Assembly (NCBI GenBank): GCA_963621875.1
Contig: CAVFFR010000001.1
Location: 15,940-79,939 of the forward strand
Direction of reading: 5' to 3'
From: Bacteroidaceae bacterium
GTDB taxonomy: Bacteria > Bacillota > Clostridia > TANB77 > CAG-508
DNA: 64,000 bases
Shown: positions 21,063 to 31,263 of the stretch, one piece after another
Layout of the letters: every line of letters starts with the position of its first letter
Numbering within the stretch: position 1 is the first letter of the stretch
The notes under the pieces: model-generated
Told to the model about the DNA's origin: nothing
The model's input: the letters and a program-made list of their open reading frames with translations, nothing else
Databases searched by the model: none
Made by a program: the position numbers and the translations under genes

Positions 21063-21524
21063 ATGGTTAATAGATTGAAATCTGAAAAGGGTATAACATT
21101 AACTACACTTGTAATATATATAATAGTTCTAATGGCAGCCTTGGGAATATTAGCAACAATTAGCACATTTTTTTATAACAATATAGTATTGGTAAAAGAT
21201 TCTGCTAAATATGCAGCCGAATTTGACAAATTTAACGCTAGTATTATTAGCGATGTAAAGGAAAATAAGCAAGTTATAGTTGATGAAACAAACAAAATGA
21301 TAACTTTTGAAAACGGAGTTACCTATGTTTACAATGAAGAAGATAAAGGAATATATAGAGATAAAGTAAAAGTAGCTACACATGTGGATTTATTTAATGT
21401 GTCGCAAAAAACCATATCAACAGATAATTTTGACAAACAAATAATTTCGGTTAATATTGTGATTGGAAATTCAACAAAAACATTAATAAACAAAAGTATA
21501 GACTATACTTTAAAATATTGGTAA
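21063..21524 (+). CDS. Minor pilin / pseudopilin.
   Basis: SEKG|ITLTTLVIYIIVLMAALGIL prepilin-like leader, with Thr at +5. Confidence 0.45.
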   Translation: MVNRLKSEKGITLTTLVIYIIVLMAALGILATISTFFYNNIVLVKDSAKYAAEFDKFNASIISDVKENKQVIVDETNKMITFENGVTYVYNEEDKGIYRDKVKVATHVDLFNVSQKTISTDNFDKQIISVNIVIGNSTKTLINKSIDYTLKYW

Positions 21525-21548
21525 TATGAAAGAAAAGGAGAAAACTTT

Positions 21549-23177
21549 ATGGATAATAAAAAAACGCAACCTATAGGAATTGAACTTGTAAAAAGAGGAA
21601 TTGTTACAGAAGGTGATATAAATAAAGCGTTGGAATATCAAAAAAACCATTCTTCTAAAAGAATAGGTGATATACTATGTGAATTGCAATTGTGTGATCC
21701 TTATATATTAATAAAAGAAATAGGCGATATTTTAGGCGAAAAATCAATAATGCTAAATATAGAAGATGTAAAACTAAATATAACAGATTATATCTCTATA
21801 GATACTGCAAAGAAAAATAAAGCAATACCATTTGAAGCAGGAGCTGGAAAGATAAAAGTCTGCTTTGCTGATGGCACTAATAAAAGAATGGTAGACGCAA
21901 TGAGATTATTATTCCTAAATAAAGGTTTAATAATGGATAAGTATATTACATTTGAATCTAATATCGCAAAAATAATAAATTCAATAGAAGGAACAGCATC
22001 AGAAAATATAGATGTTAGAGCAGATATTTCTGGATTAGTAGATTCTATAATAAAAACAGCTATGGAAAAAAGAGCTAGTGATGTTCATATAGAGCCTTTA
22101 GAAGATAGTGTAAGAGTTAGATATAGAATAGATGGCGAGCTTGTTTCGGCAGCTTCAATAGAAAAAGACAAACAACCACAATTAATAGGAAGACTAAAAG
22201 CAATATCTAATATGCATCAAGAGAAGCAAGAATCACAAGATGGTAGAATATTAATGTATCCAGACTATAATATTCGTGTATCTTCACAAAGAAATGTCTA
22301 TGGAGAAAAATTCGTTTTAAGATTATTAAAGAAAAATGCAGATGTTCAACAAATATTTGAATTAGGCTTTCCAAGAGATGAAGAACTTGTAAAAAAGAGC
22401 TTTAATAAGAAAAATAGTATAGTTCTAGTGGCAGCACCAACTGGAGAAGGTAAAACAACAACTTTATATAGTATAATAGATTTCCTTAACAGACCAGAAA
22501 TAAATATTACAACTATTGAAGACCCAGTAGAAATAAGAATACCAGGATTAAACCAAATAGAAATAGATACAAAAACATCATTCTCAGATTCTTTAAGAAC
22601 TGTTTTAAGACAAGATCCAGACATTATACTAGTTGGAGAAATTCGTGATAAAGAGACAGCAGAAATAGCTATGCAAGCTGGCCAAACAGGACACTATGTT
22701 TTATCAACAATACACACAATTGATAGCATAGAGGTTATAACAAGATTAAGAAAAATAGGAGTATCTGATTATGATATTGCAAGTACACTTGCTACTTCAT
22801 TATCACAAAGGTTAGTAAGAAAAATTTGTCCTTACTGTGCTCAAGAAAGAGACTATACGGAAGAAGAAACAGAAATAATGAATAAGATAGCTAAAAAGTA
22901 TAACATCGAGTATGACTTTAAGGGTAAAAAAACATATACCACAGTAGGATGCAGTAAATGTAACAATACTGGATTTTTTGGAAGAATTGGTATATTCGAA
23001 ATACTAAATTTAACTGAAGAAATAAAAGAATTAATTGTAAAAGGTGCATCAAGCATAGAAATAAGAAATAAAGCTATAGAAGAAGGATATAAACCTTTAG
23101 TAATAGATGGATTTAACAAAGTATTAGAGGGATACACAACATTAAATGAACTAAATTCTAAACTAATTATATTTTAG
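21549..23177 (+). CDS. pilB: Type IV pilus extension ATPase (GspE/PilB family).
   Basis: N-terminal GspII_E domain, Walker A AAPTGEGKTT, Asp/His boxes and a C-terminal CxxC..CxxC tetracysteine. 542 aa. Confidence 0.9.
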   Translation: MDNKKTQPIGIELVKRGIVTEGDINKALEYQKNHSSKRIGDILCELQLCDPYILIKEIGDILGEKSIMLNIEDVKLNITDYISIDTAKKNKAIPFEAGAGKIKVCFADGTNKRMVDAMRLLFLNKGLIMDKYITFESNIAKIINSIEGTASENIDVRADISGLVDSIIKTAMEKRASDVHIEPLEDSVRVRYRIDGELVSAASIEKDKQPQLIGRLKAISNMHQEKQESQDGRILMYPDYNIRVSSQRNVYGEKFVLRLLKKNADVQQIFELGFPRDEELVKKSFNKKNSIVLVAAPTGEGKTTTLYSIIDFLNRPEINITTIEDPVEIRIPGLNQIEIDTKTSFSDSLRTVLRQDPDIILVGEIRDKETAEIAMQAGQTGHYVLSTIHTIDSIEVITRLRKIGVSDYDIASTLATSLSQRLVRKICPYCAQERDYTEEETEIMNKIAKKYNIEYDFKGKKTYTTVGCSKCNNTGFFGRIGIFEILNLTEEIKELIVKGASSIEIRNKAIEEGYKPLVIDGFNKVLEGYTTLNELNSKLIIF

Positions 23178-23202
23178 TTAAATACGAGAGGGGAATAAAA
23201 TA

Positions 23203-24318
23203 ATGATAAATATAGATAAAGTTTTAAGAGAAGCAATACAAAAAGATGCATCAGATATTCACTTATTATGTGGCATAAAACCAATGCTAAGAATATCAAG
23301 AGATTTAATTCCTTATGAGGAATGCGAAGAACTTACTCAAGAAGATATGGCGGATATATATGACTACTTCTTAAAAGGAAATGTAGATAAAGACAGAGTA
23401 TTTAAAGAAACAAAAAAATTAGATTCTTCATTTGAATTTGAAGGACTAAGACTCAGAGTAAACATATCTCTATCAGGAGAAGTGCCAACATTTACCTTAA
23501 GAATTATAAAAAATGAATTACCAACTTTCGAGGAATTAGGTGTTCCTGATATAGTTAGAAGAATGATGTATCAGCCACAAGGTCTAGTACTAGTAACTGG
23601 TAAAACGAACTCTGGTAAAACAACAACTTTAAATGCCTTAATAAACGACATAAATGAAAACCAAAATAAAAAAATACTAACACTAGAAAGCCCTATAGAG
23701 TATAAACATAGCTGTAAAAAGTCAGTAGTAGTACAAAAGGAAGTAGGAGTTGGACAAGATGTCCTAAAATATAAAGATGGTGTTAAAAACTGCTTAAGAG
23801 AGGACTGTGATATTCTAGTAATAGGAGAAATTCGTGATAGAGAAACAATGGATGCGGCAATAGAAACAGCAGAAGCTGGACACTTAGTAATAGGAACATT
23901 GCATACTAAATCATGTGCCGAAACAATCGACAGAATGATAAACTTCTATGAGATATCAGACCAACAAAGTATAAAATACTTGATAGGTTCATTATTAAAG
24001 CTAGTTACATCACAAAGATTATTAAAAGGAAAAAATGGAAAATTAGTATTAGTTCCAGAAGTTATGGTTGTAGACAATATAATTTCTGGTATAATAAGAA
24101 AAGAAAAATTCAATGTTTCGGAAATTGAAGATGCAATACAAAGTGGATCTGCAAATGGAAGTATAGGACTTATAAATTCAATAGCACAATTATTTGTAGA
24201 TGATATGATTACATTAGAACAAGCAAAAGCACAAATAGAAGAAAAGAACATAGAAACATTAAACAGAACAATAATGCAATTAAAGATAAAAAAAGGGAAT
24301 CAGAATAAAATGGAATAG
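23203..24318 (+). CDS. pilT: Type IV pilus retraction ATPase (PilT family).
   Basis: Walker A VTGKTNSGKTTT and GEIRD Walker B region. About 370 aa. No N-terminal GspII_E domain. Confidence 0.8.
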   Translation: MINIDKVLREAIQKDASDIHLLCGIKPMLRISRDLIPYEECEELTQEDMADIYDYFLKGNVDKDRVFKETKKLDSSFEFEGLRLRVNISLSGEVPTFTLRIIKNELPTFEELGVPDIVRRMMYQPQGLVLVTGKTNSGKTTTLNALINDINENQNKKILTLESPIEYKHSCKKSVVVQKEVGVGQDVLKYKDGVKNCLREDCDILVIGEIRDRETMDAAIETAEAGHLVIGTLHTKSCAETIDRMINFYEISDQQSIKYLIGSLLKLVTSQRLLKGKNGKLVLVPEVMVVDNIISGIIRKEKFNVSEIEDAIQSGSANGSIGLINSIAQLFVDDMITLEQAKAQIEEKNIETLNRTIMQLKIKKGNQNKME

Positions 24319-24327
24319 GAGGTAAAT

Positions 24328-25680
24328 ATGCCTGAATATGTATATAGAGCTATTACAAAAGAAGGTGTAATAGTAAAAAACAGAGTTGACAGTCCAAGTA
24401 AGCAAAACTTAATAAAAAGGCTAAAAAGTGGCGATCTGCTACCAATAGATATAGTTCAAGTTGGATATGGAAAAAGAAAAGTAGGAAAACAAACAAGAAA
24501 AAATGTAACAGATATAGACCAAATTCTAAAAACAGCAAACTCTGCTACTATAGTACAAGGGAGAGAAAGAAAACAACAGACAGCAATAGAAAAAATAAAC
24601 TTAGCCTTATCAAAACAAGAAAAAGTAAAAAAAAGAGATATAGTTGTTTTTACTCAAAACTTTTATTTATTAAAGAAAGCAGACTTTAACAACATACATG
24701 CACTAAGTACTATAATACAAAGTACAGAGAATATAACATTTAAAGGAATATTAGAAGATATACTAGCAGGAGTTGAAGCTGGAGATTATATGTATACAAC
24801 AATGGAATATTACTCAGATGTATTTCCATATATATATATAAATATGATAAAAGTTGGCGAACTATCAGGATCTTTAACACAATCTTTACAACAAGCAATA
24901 AAGTATCTAGAAACAAACTCAGATACTACTAGAAAATTAAAAGGAATAATAATTCCAAATGTTATACAATTAGTTGCACTATTAGCATTACTGTTTGTTG
25001 GAAGCTTATATACAGTACCGACAATTCAAGGAGTTTACGATGCAGTAGGAACACAAGACAAACTGCCATCAATTACAATAGCATTTTCAAATGCTCTGCA
25101 ATGGATTGCGAGCCACTGGTATGTACCAGTTGGAATAATAGCAATAATAGTTGGTGTTATAATAGCTTATATAAATACACCAAAAGGAAAATACAATTTT
25201 GACTATTTTAAATATACAATGCCTGTATTTGGAAAACTTAATTATTCATTAGACTTTTCAAGACTTATGAGAGCAATGCTGTTAAACCTAGAAAATGGTA
25301 TGAGAATTCAAGATGCACTAGATGTAAGTAAGAATGTTGTTAATAATTATGTTATGAGAGCAATGGTAGAAACATCTATGAACAATATCTTAATAGGAGC
25401 TTCTTGGATAGAGCCATTTGAAAAATCTGGACTGTCATCATCAATGATAACAGAGATGCTTAAAGTAGGTATGCAAACAGATCTTTCCGAAATGATGCAT
25501 AAATTATTAGACTATATGGACGTTGATATAGATAATACAATGAAGAATATAATGGCAGTTTTACCACAAATAGTTTACTCTATAGTAGGTATATTACTAA
25601 TATTCGTTGTTGTTGTAGTACTTGTACCTTGTATTCAAGTATATATGGGTAACTTCTTATTCTCAGCAGCCGATGTATAA
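24328..25680 (+). CDS. pilC: Type IV pilus platform protein (GspF/PilC family).
   Basis: Two GspF repeats and three TM regions. 450 aa. Confidence 0.8.
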   Translation: MPEYVYRAITKEGVIVKNRVDSPSKQNLIKRLKSGDLLPIDIVQVGYGKRKVGKQTRKNVTDIDQILKTANSATIVQGRERKQQTAIEKINLALSKQEKVKKRDIVVFTQNFYLLKKADFNNIHALSTIIQSTENITFKGILEDILAGVEAGDYMYTTMEYYSDVFPYIYINMIKVGELSGSLTQSLQQAIKYLETNSDTTRKLKGIIIPNVIQLVALLALLFVGSLYTVPTIQGVYDAVGTQDKLPSITIAFSNALQWIASHWYVPVGIIAIIVGVIIAYINTPKGKYNFDYFKYTMPVFGKLNYSLDFSRLMRAMLLNLENGMRIQDALDVSKNVVNNYVMRAMVETSMNNILIGASWIEPFEKSGLSSSMITEMLKVGMQTDLSEMMHKLLDYMDVDIDNTMKNIMAVLPQIVYSIVGILLIFVVVVVLVPCIQVYMGNFLFSAADV

Positions 25681-25702
25681 AAATATTAAGCATATAAAAA
25701 AC

Positions 25703-25741
25703 AATGTCAGTAAAAATAATTCTACTGACATTATTTTTTTT
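25703..25741 (+). terminator. Rho-independent terminator closing the pilus operon.
   Basis: Stem aatgtcagta/tactgacatt followed by a T9 run. Confidence 0.65.
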
Positions 25742-25809
25742 ATGTGAACTTTTATTTTTTTATAATATATGATAATATATTAATACAATAAGAAAGGAAA
25801 GTGATAAGA

Positions 25810-26721
25810 ATGAGAATTGGTATAGACTTAGGTGGGAGTCATATTGCTATCGGATTAGTAGATGACAACTTAGAAATAATTGAAAAAAGAACTTATTATA
25901 TGAATGATAGGAAAAGCCAGTTATTAGAAGATTACATAGTTAGTTCAATAAAAGACGGAATAAAAGCAATTATAAAAAGTACAGATATAAAATTAGAAGA
26001 AATTGAACAAATAGGAATAGCAGTTCCAGGAAATCCTAAAAATGGATACATAAAAAATGTTGTAAATTTGCAAATAGAAGATTTTAACATAGCAGAACAA
26101 TTATCGAATACATTTGAGAATATACCAATAAAATTAGAGAACGATGGAAAATGTGCGGCTATTGCAGAAAAATATAATGGAGCATTAAAAGAATATAAGG
26201 ACTGTGTATTTTTATGTATAGGAACAGGAATTGGAGGAGCAGCATTTATAAACAATACATTCCTAAAACCTATAAGAAACTCTGGATTTGAATTTGGACA
26301 TATGATTATAAAAAAAGATGGAGAGCAGTGTAAATGTGGAAATAGTGGATGTTTTGAAGCTTATTGCTCTAAAAGAAAATTTAAAGAAGAAATGCAAAAA
26401 ATATTAAAAATAGAAGAATATGTTGGAGCAAAAGAACTAACAGATAAAATAGAAGAAAACATAGACAAAAAAGCAGTTAAAGAATTATTAGAAAAATATA
26501 TAGATAATCTAGCAGTAGGAATATCAAATATAATAAACATACTAGAGCCAGAAGCAATATGCATAGGTGGAAGTATGTCACATTATGAGGACTTAATTTT
26601 GGATAAATTAAGAGCAAAAATAAATAGTGGAGAATATTTATTCAATAAAGAAAATCCACCTAAAATAATAGCAGCAAAAAATGGAAATGATGCAGGAATA
26701 ATAGGGGCAACATTGCTATAG
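25810..26721 (+). CDS. glcK: ROK-family glucokinase.
   Basis: N-terminal IGIDLGGSHI ATP-binding motif and ROK zinc motif HMII...CKCGNSGCFEAYCS. A GTG at 25801 is an alternative start. Confidence 0.75.
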   Translation: MRIGIDLGGSHIAIGLVDDNLEIIEKRTYYMNDRKSQLLEDYIVSSIKDGIKAIIKSTDIKLEEIEQIGIAVPGNPKNGYIKNVVNLQIEDFNIAEQLSNTFENIPIKLENDGKCAAIAEKYNGALKEYKDCVFLCIGTGIGGAAFINNTFLKPIRNSGFEFGHMIIKKDGEQCKCGNSGCFEAYCSKRKFKEEMQKILKIEEYVGAKELTDKIEENIDKKAVKELLEKYIDNLAVGISNIINILEPEAICIGGSMSHYEDLILDKLRAKINSGEYLFNKENPPKIIAAKNGNDAGIIGATLL

Positions 26722-26733
26722 AAAGGACAAAAT

Positions 26734-27594
26734 ATGAGCGTATATGAAGAAACACAAGCAATATTAAATACATATAAAATTCAAGCAAATAAGAGCTTAG
26801 GGCAAAACTTCCTAATAGATGATAATGTTATAGAAAGTATAATAGAATCATCAGAAATAGAAAAAGAAGATTTAATAATAGAGATAGGTCCTGGACTAGG
26901 AGTATTAACTGAAAGATTACTAAAAAAATCAGATAATGTAATTGTTATAGAATTAGATAAAAGAATGATATCAATATTAAAAAATAGATTTTGTCTAAAC
27001 AAAAATCTAACAATAATAAATGATGATGTACTAAAAGTAAACTTAGAAGAATTAATAAAAAACAGAAAACAACAGAATAAAATAAATAAAGTAAAGATAG
27101 TAGCAAATCTTCCATATTATATAAGTACTCCTATAATAATGAAACTATTGGGAAATAAACTAGAAATAAATGAAATAATAGTAATGGTACAAAAAGAAGT
27201 AGCTGAAAGACTTTCAGCTAAAACAGGAGAAAGAGAAGCAGGAGCAATAACATATGCAGTGGAATATTATGCTCAAGCAACAAAAATAATTGATGTACCA
27301 AAAGAAGCATTTATTCCAAGTCCTAAAGTGGAATCACAAGTAATAAAATTAGAGGTGAGAAAAAATTCCAAAATAAGAGTAGAAGATGAGAAACTATTAT
27401 TTAGTATAATACAAAAGAGCTTTATGCAAAGAAGAAAAACATTATCAAATGCGTTAATAAATAATAAAATATTAGAAAATAAAGAAGAAGTAGAAAAAAT
27501 GTTTAAAACATTAAATATAGATAACAATGTTAGAGGAGAGAAATTAACTTTAGAAGAATTTGGAAAGATTACAAATTATGTATACAAAAAGTAA
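26734..27594 (+). CDS. rsmA: 16S rRNA (adenine1518/1519-N6)-dimethyltransferase.
   Basis: KsgA signature LGQNFLID and SAM-binding EIGPGLGVLT. 286 aa. Confidence 0.85.
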   Translation: MSVYEETQAILNTYKIQANKSLGQNFLIDDNVIESIIESSEIEKEDLIIEIGPGLGVLTERLLKKSDNVIVIELDKRMISILKNRFCLNKNLTIINDDVLKVNLEELIKNRKQQNKINKVKIVANLPYYISTPIIMKLLGNKLEINEIIVMVQKEVAERLSAKTGEREAGAITYAVEYYAQATKIIDVPKEAFIPSPKVESQVIKLEVRKNSKIRVEDEKLLFSIIQKSFMQRRKTLSNALINNKILENKEEVEKMFKTLNIDNNVRGEKLTLEEFGKITNYVYKK

Positions 27595-27642
27595 AAAGTA
27601 TGTTATAATATTATTTGTAGAAAATTGAAAGAAAGGATAAGT

Positions 27643-28380
27643 ATGAATCAAATTTTAGTTACAGAAAAATTATATATAACACCAGAACTACGAAGAAAAA
27701 AGAAGATATATAAAATAAGATTCTTTTTGTCCGTTTTTTTAATCTGTGCATTATTATCTTTTTACATATATAAAGAAAATGATAGAATACAGAGTGAAGC
27801 AGTTTCAAAAAGAATATTAGAATCAATGGTAGTAGCAAAAGATGATAGTGAAGAAACTGACAACACTACAAAGCAAATAATAAATGATGTATTAATAATA
27901 GCTTTGGATGAAAGACAATCTGAAGTAGCAGAAGAACAACAACCAGAAATTACAGAACAACAAAATGAAACATATAGTACTGATTCAGGAGAAGAATATA
28001 CAACAGATGCAATTTTAACAATACCTTGCATTGATTTAACTTATCCAGTATTATCAAAAACCTCAGACGAATTACTAAAAATAGCTCCAAATAAATATTG
28101 GGGAAATGGGCCAAACCAAATAGGAAATTATTGTATAGTAGGACATAATTATGCAAATGGAAAAATGTTTGGAAAACTTTATAAAATGGAAATAGGTGAT
28201 ACAGCAATACTTGAAAGCAATGGAAAGTCTGTTACATATGAAGTATATGATAAATATATAGTTGACCCAGAAGATGTAAGTTGTACAAGTCAGCTAACTG
28301 AAGGAAGAAGAGAAATTACACTAATAACTTGCAAAAATTATGGTACACAAAGATTAATTTTAAAATGCAGAGAAATTTAA
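27643..28380 (+). CDS. Sortase (class B-like transpeptidase).
   Basis: N-terminal TM anchor, catalytic His in IVGHNY, TLxTC active site (ITLITCKNY) and conserved Arg near the C-terminus (RLILKCR). RBS gaaagga. A TTG at 27625 is an alternative start. Confidence 0.75.
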   Translation: MNQILVTEKLYITPELRRKKKIYKIRFFLSVFLICALLSFYIYKENDRIQSEAVSKRILESMVVAKDDSEETDNTTKQIINDVLIIALDERQSEVAEEQQPEITEQQNETYSTDSGEEYTTDAILTIPCIDLTYPVLSKTSDELLKIAPNKYWGNGPNQIGNYCIVGHNYANGKMFGKLYKMEIGDTAILESNGKSVTYEVYDKYIVDPEDVSCTSQLTEGRREITLITCKNYGTQRLILKCREI

Positions 28381-28452
28381 AACAAAATGTATTGACTTTT
28401 ACTAATTAATTCAATATAATGTAGCTAGAAAAAAACGAAGGAGGAATAAGAC

Positions 28453-28713
28453 ATGGAAAAAAAAGAAGAACCAGTAAAAACAGCAGTATGGGTATTTTGG
28501 ATTTTAATGGCTATAATAGGCGTAGGAATGTTATTCACAGGAATACAAGGAAGCGTATTAGGAGATAATTTAACAACATCTATAATGCTAGTAGTAGTAG
28601 GAATTGTCTTATTATTTATTGGCTTAATAATGGTACTTGGAAAAGCTAATATTCATACAACAGAGATAATTGTTCATAAAGAAGTAGAAAAAGATAAAGA
28701 AGAAAAAAAATAA
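28453..28713 (+). CDS. Small membrane protein, two TM helices.
   Basis: RBS aaggagg. Two hydrophobic helices and a charged C-terminal tail. Confidence 0.4.
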   Translation: MEKKEEPVKTAVWVFWILMAIIGVGMLFTGIQGSVLGDNLTTSIMLVVVGIVLLFIGLIMVLGKANIHTTEIIVHKEVEKDKEEKK

Positions 28714-28733
28714 TAAGTACAAAAAACAAAGGA

Positions 28734-28778
28734 AAATTCTTAAGTACCAAGAGATGATACTTAAGAATTTATTATTTT
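28734..28778 (+). terminator. Rho-independent terminator.
   Basis: 13-bp stem aaattcttaagta/tacttaagaattt followed by a T-rich tail. Confidence 0.6.
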
Positions 28779-28806
28779 GAAATTATAAACTAGAGCGGAG
28801 GTTATT

Positions 28807-30378
28807 ATGGAAAATAAAACATTTTATATAACAACACCAATATATTATCCAAGTGGAAAATTTCATTTAGGAACAGCATATACAACGGTGTTGGCTGATA
28901 CAGTAAAAAAATACAAAAAACAAAGAGGTTATGATACTAGAATGTTGACTGGACTAGATGAACACGGTCAAAAAGTAGAACAAGTTGCGATAAAAAGAGG
29001 AATGACCCCACAAGCCCATGTTGATGATATGGCAGAAAAAGCTAAAACCTTATGGGAGTTAATGGACATACAATATGACGACTTTATCAGAACAACAGAG
29101 GATAGACATGTAAAAGTTGTACAAACAATATTTGATAGATTTATGGAGCAAGGTGATATCTACAAAGGTGAATATGAAGGCTGGTATTGTATGCCTTGTG
29201 AAACATATTTTACAGAAACACAATTAGTAGATGGAAAATGTCCAGATTGTGGTAGAGAAGTAAAAAAGATGAAAGAAGAAGCATATTTCTTTAATATGAA
29301 GAAATATCAAAAGAAAATAGAAGAATTTTATGAGCAACATCCAGATTTTGTAAGCCCAGAATCAAGAAGAAACGAAATATTAACTAACTTTATAAAACCA
29401 GGACTAGAAGATTTATGCGTAACAAGAACAACATTTGATTGGGGAATAAAGGTACCAAAAGATTCAAAACATGTAATATATGTTTGGCTAGATGCACTAA
29501 TAAATTATTTAAGTGCAATAGGCTATACAACAGAGGATGACTCATTGTTTAAAAAGTACTGGCCAGCAGATTTACAAATAGTTGGAAAAGATATAATAAG
29601 ATTTCACGGAATTTATTGGCCAATTTTCTTAATGGCATTAGGATTGCCTGTATCAAAAAGATTATATGCACATGGATTTTTAATGATGAAAGATGGAAAA
29701 ATGTCTAAATCAAAAGGAAATATAGTATATCCAGAAATGTTAATCGAAAGATATGGTTTAGATGCAACAAGATATTTCTTAATAAAAACATTCAAATATG
29801 GACAAGACTCTGTATTTACTCCAGAAGACTTTGTTAATTCGTATAATTTTGACTTATGCAATGACTTAGGAAATCTTTTAAATAGAACAATAGGAATGGT
29901 AAACAAATATTTTGGAGGAAATGTTCCAGAATATAAAGGACAAATTTTAGAAATTGACAAAGAACTAGAAGGAACAGTTGAAAACAAAATTAAAGAATAT
30001 GAAGATAATATGGAAAGTCTACATTTTTCTAATGCACTAGAAAGCATTTGGTCTATAATATCTAGAACAAACAAATATATAGACGAAACAGCACCTTGGG
30101 TTTTATCTAAAGAGGGAAAAACAAAAGAATTAGAATCTGTAATGAGTCATTTAGTAGAAAATTTAAGAATAATTGCCATATTAATAAATCCTGTAATGTC
30201 ACATACATCAGAGGAAATATTAAAACAATTAAGAATAAAAGACCAAGAGTATGATTCAATCTACAATTATGGAAATGTTACAAAAAACATTAAAGTTATA
30301 GAAAAAGGAGAACCAATATTTGTAAGATTAGAAGCAGAAGAAGAAATAAAATATATACAAAATCAAATGAAAGTATAG
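28807..30378 (+). CDS. metG: Methionyl-tRNA synthetase, short form without the C-terminal tRNA-binding domain.
   Basis: Class I HIGH-like region YPSGKFHLGTAYT, zinc knuckle CMPCETYF...CPDCG and KMSKS. 523 aa. Confidence 0.9.
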   Translation: MENKTFYITTPIYYPSGKFHLGTAYTTVLADTVKKYKKQRGYDTRMLTGLDEHGQKVEQVAIKRGMTPQAHVDDMAEKAKTLWELMDIQYDDFIRTTEDRHVKVVQTIFDRFMEQGDIYKGEYEGWYCMPCETYFTETQLVDGKCPDCGREVKKMKEEAYFFNMKKYQKKIEEFYEQHPDFVSPESRRNEILTNFIKPGLEDLCVTRTTFDWGIKVPKDSKHVIYVWLDALINYLSAIGYTTEDDSLFKKYWPADLQIVGKDIIRFHGIYWPIFLMALGLPVSKRLYAHGFLMMKDGKMSKSKGNIVYPEMLIERYGLDATRYFLIKTFKYGQDSVFTPEDFVNSYNFDLCNDLGNLLNRTIGMVNKYFGGNVPEYKGQILEIDKELEGTVENKIKEYEDNMESLHFSNALESIWSIISRTNKYIDETAPWVLSKEGKTKELESVMSHLVENLRIIAILINPVMSHTSEEILKQLRIKDQEYDSIYNYGNVTKNIKVIEKGEPIFVRLEAEEEIKYIQNQMKV

Positions 30379-30452
30379 AATAAAAGTAATAAAAAATAAA
30401 TAAAAAACATATATATTGATTAGTAACTTAGGCAAGTTGGAGGACAATATAT

Positions 30453-30629
30453 ATGTTTTTTGTGTTTAATAAAAGAAAAATAAATTCATATCTTATATCA
30501 TTAGGAATGGTTGCAATACTTTTTACAGTGTCTGCAATTACAACCAATAACTTAAAAACAGTAGATACATCAACAAACATTGTACAAAATTTAATAAGCA
30601 ACGAGACAACAGAAAACATAGCAGAATAA
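30453..30629 (+). CDS. 58-aa small membrane protein (absent from the supplied ORF track, which has a 60-aa cutoff).
   Basis: ATG preceded by RBS ggagga. One TM helix (LISLGMVAILFTVSAIT). Read directly from the sequence. Confidence 0.3.
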   Translation: MFFVFNKRKINSYLISLGMVAILFTVSAITTNNLKTVDTSTNIVQNLISNETTENIAE

Positions 30630-30656
30630 CAAAAGTTATAAAAAGGAGAGAAATTA

Positions 30657-31118
30657 ATGCCTTTTATAGAGATAATCACAGATACAAAAAGTCAAGTGCA
30701 ATTGAATAAAAGTATAAAAAAAGAACAAGTAAATAATTGTGAAATCTTGTATATAAAAGAAAAAAATATAGACAACATAAAAAATATAAAATTAGAAACA
30801 TTAGTCTTAAATAGAGAGATAGAGGATATATCAAAAATACAAAAGATAATGAACAATGCAAAAAATGTAATAATAAATTTCGACCTCAATCAAATAGAAA
30901 AGCAAGATAATTTTATTTCTTATGGCTATAATTCAAAATGTGATATTACAATATCAAGTATTAATGACGAAGATGTATTGATATATATTCAAAAAGAAAT
31001 TACTAGTATTTTTGGTAGAAAAATAGAGCCACAAGAAGTAAAAGTTAAAACGAAACCAGATATAAATATATACAATATTATGATAATAATAGCCTTAAAT
31101 GTGCTATATGCTAGATAA
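30657..31118 (+). CDS. Hypothetical protein, K/N/I-rich, with a C-terminal hydrophobic segment.
   Basis: RBS aaaggagag. No recognisable motif. Confidence 0.35.
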   Translation: MPFIEIITDTKSQVQLNKSIKKEQVNNCEILYIKEKNIDNIKNIKLETLVLNREIEDISKIQKIMNNAKNVIINFDLNQIEKQDNFISYGYNSKCDITISSINDEDVLIYIQKEITSIFGRKIEPQEVKVKTKPDINIYNIMIIIALNVLYAR

Positions 31119-31164
31119 AATTTAAGTTTTTTGTAAACTTTTTTTAAAAAATCAACTTTTTATG

Positions 31165-31193
31165 TAGACAAAACCAAAAAATGGTAGTATAAT
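31165..31193 (+). promoter_or_regulatory. Putative sigma-A promoter for the SSB-like gene.
   Basis: TAGACA, a 17-nt spacer, then TATAAT. Confidence 0.4.
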
Positions 31194-31263
31194 AAGTAAT
31201 GTAGGTTAGAAAAAAACTAAAAAATACAAATACTTTAAAAAAAGTAAGAGGAGGAAATTAAAG

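Noticed and set aside
30428-30679. 83-aa minus-strand ORF from the track.
   Set aside because: No RBS. It overlaps a + strand 58-aa ORF that has a strong RBS, and also the start of 30657..31118. The + strand reading is more plausible.
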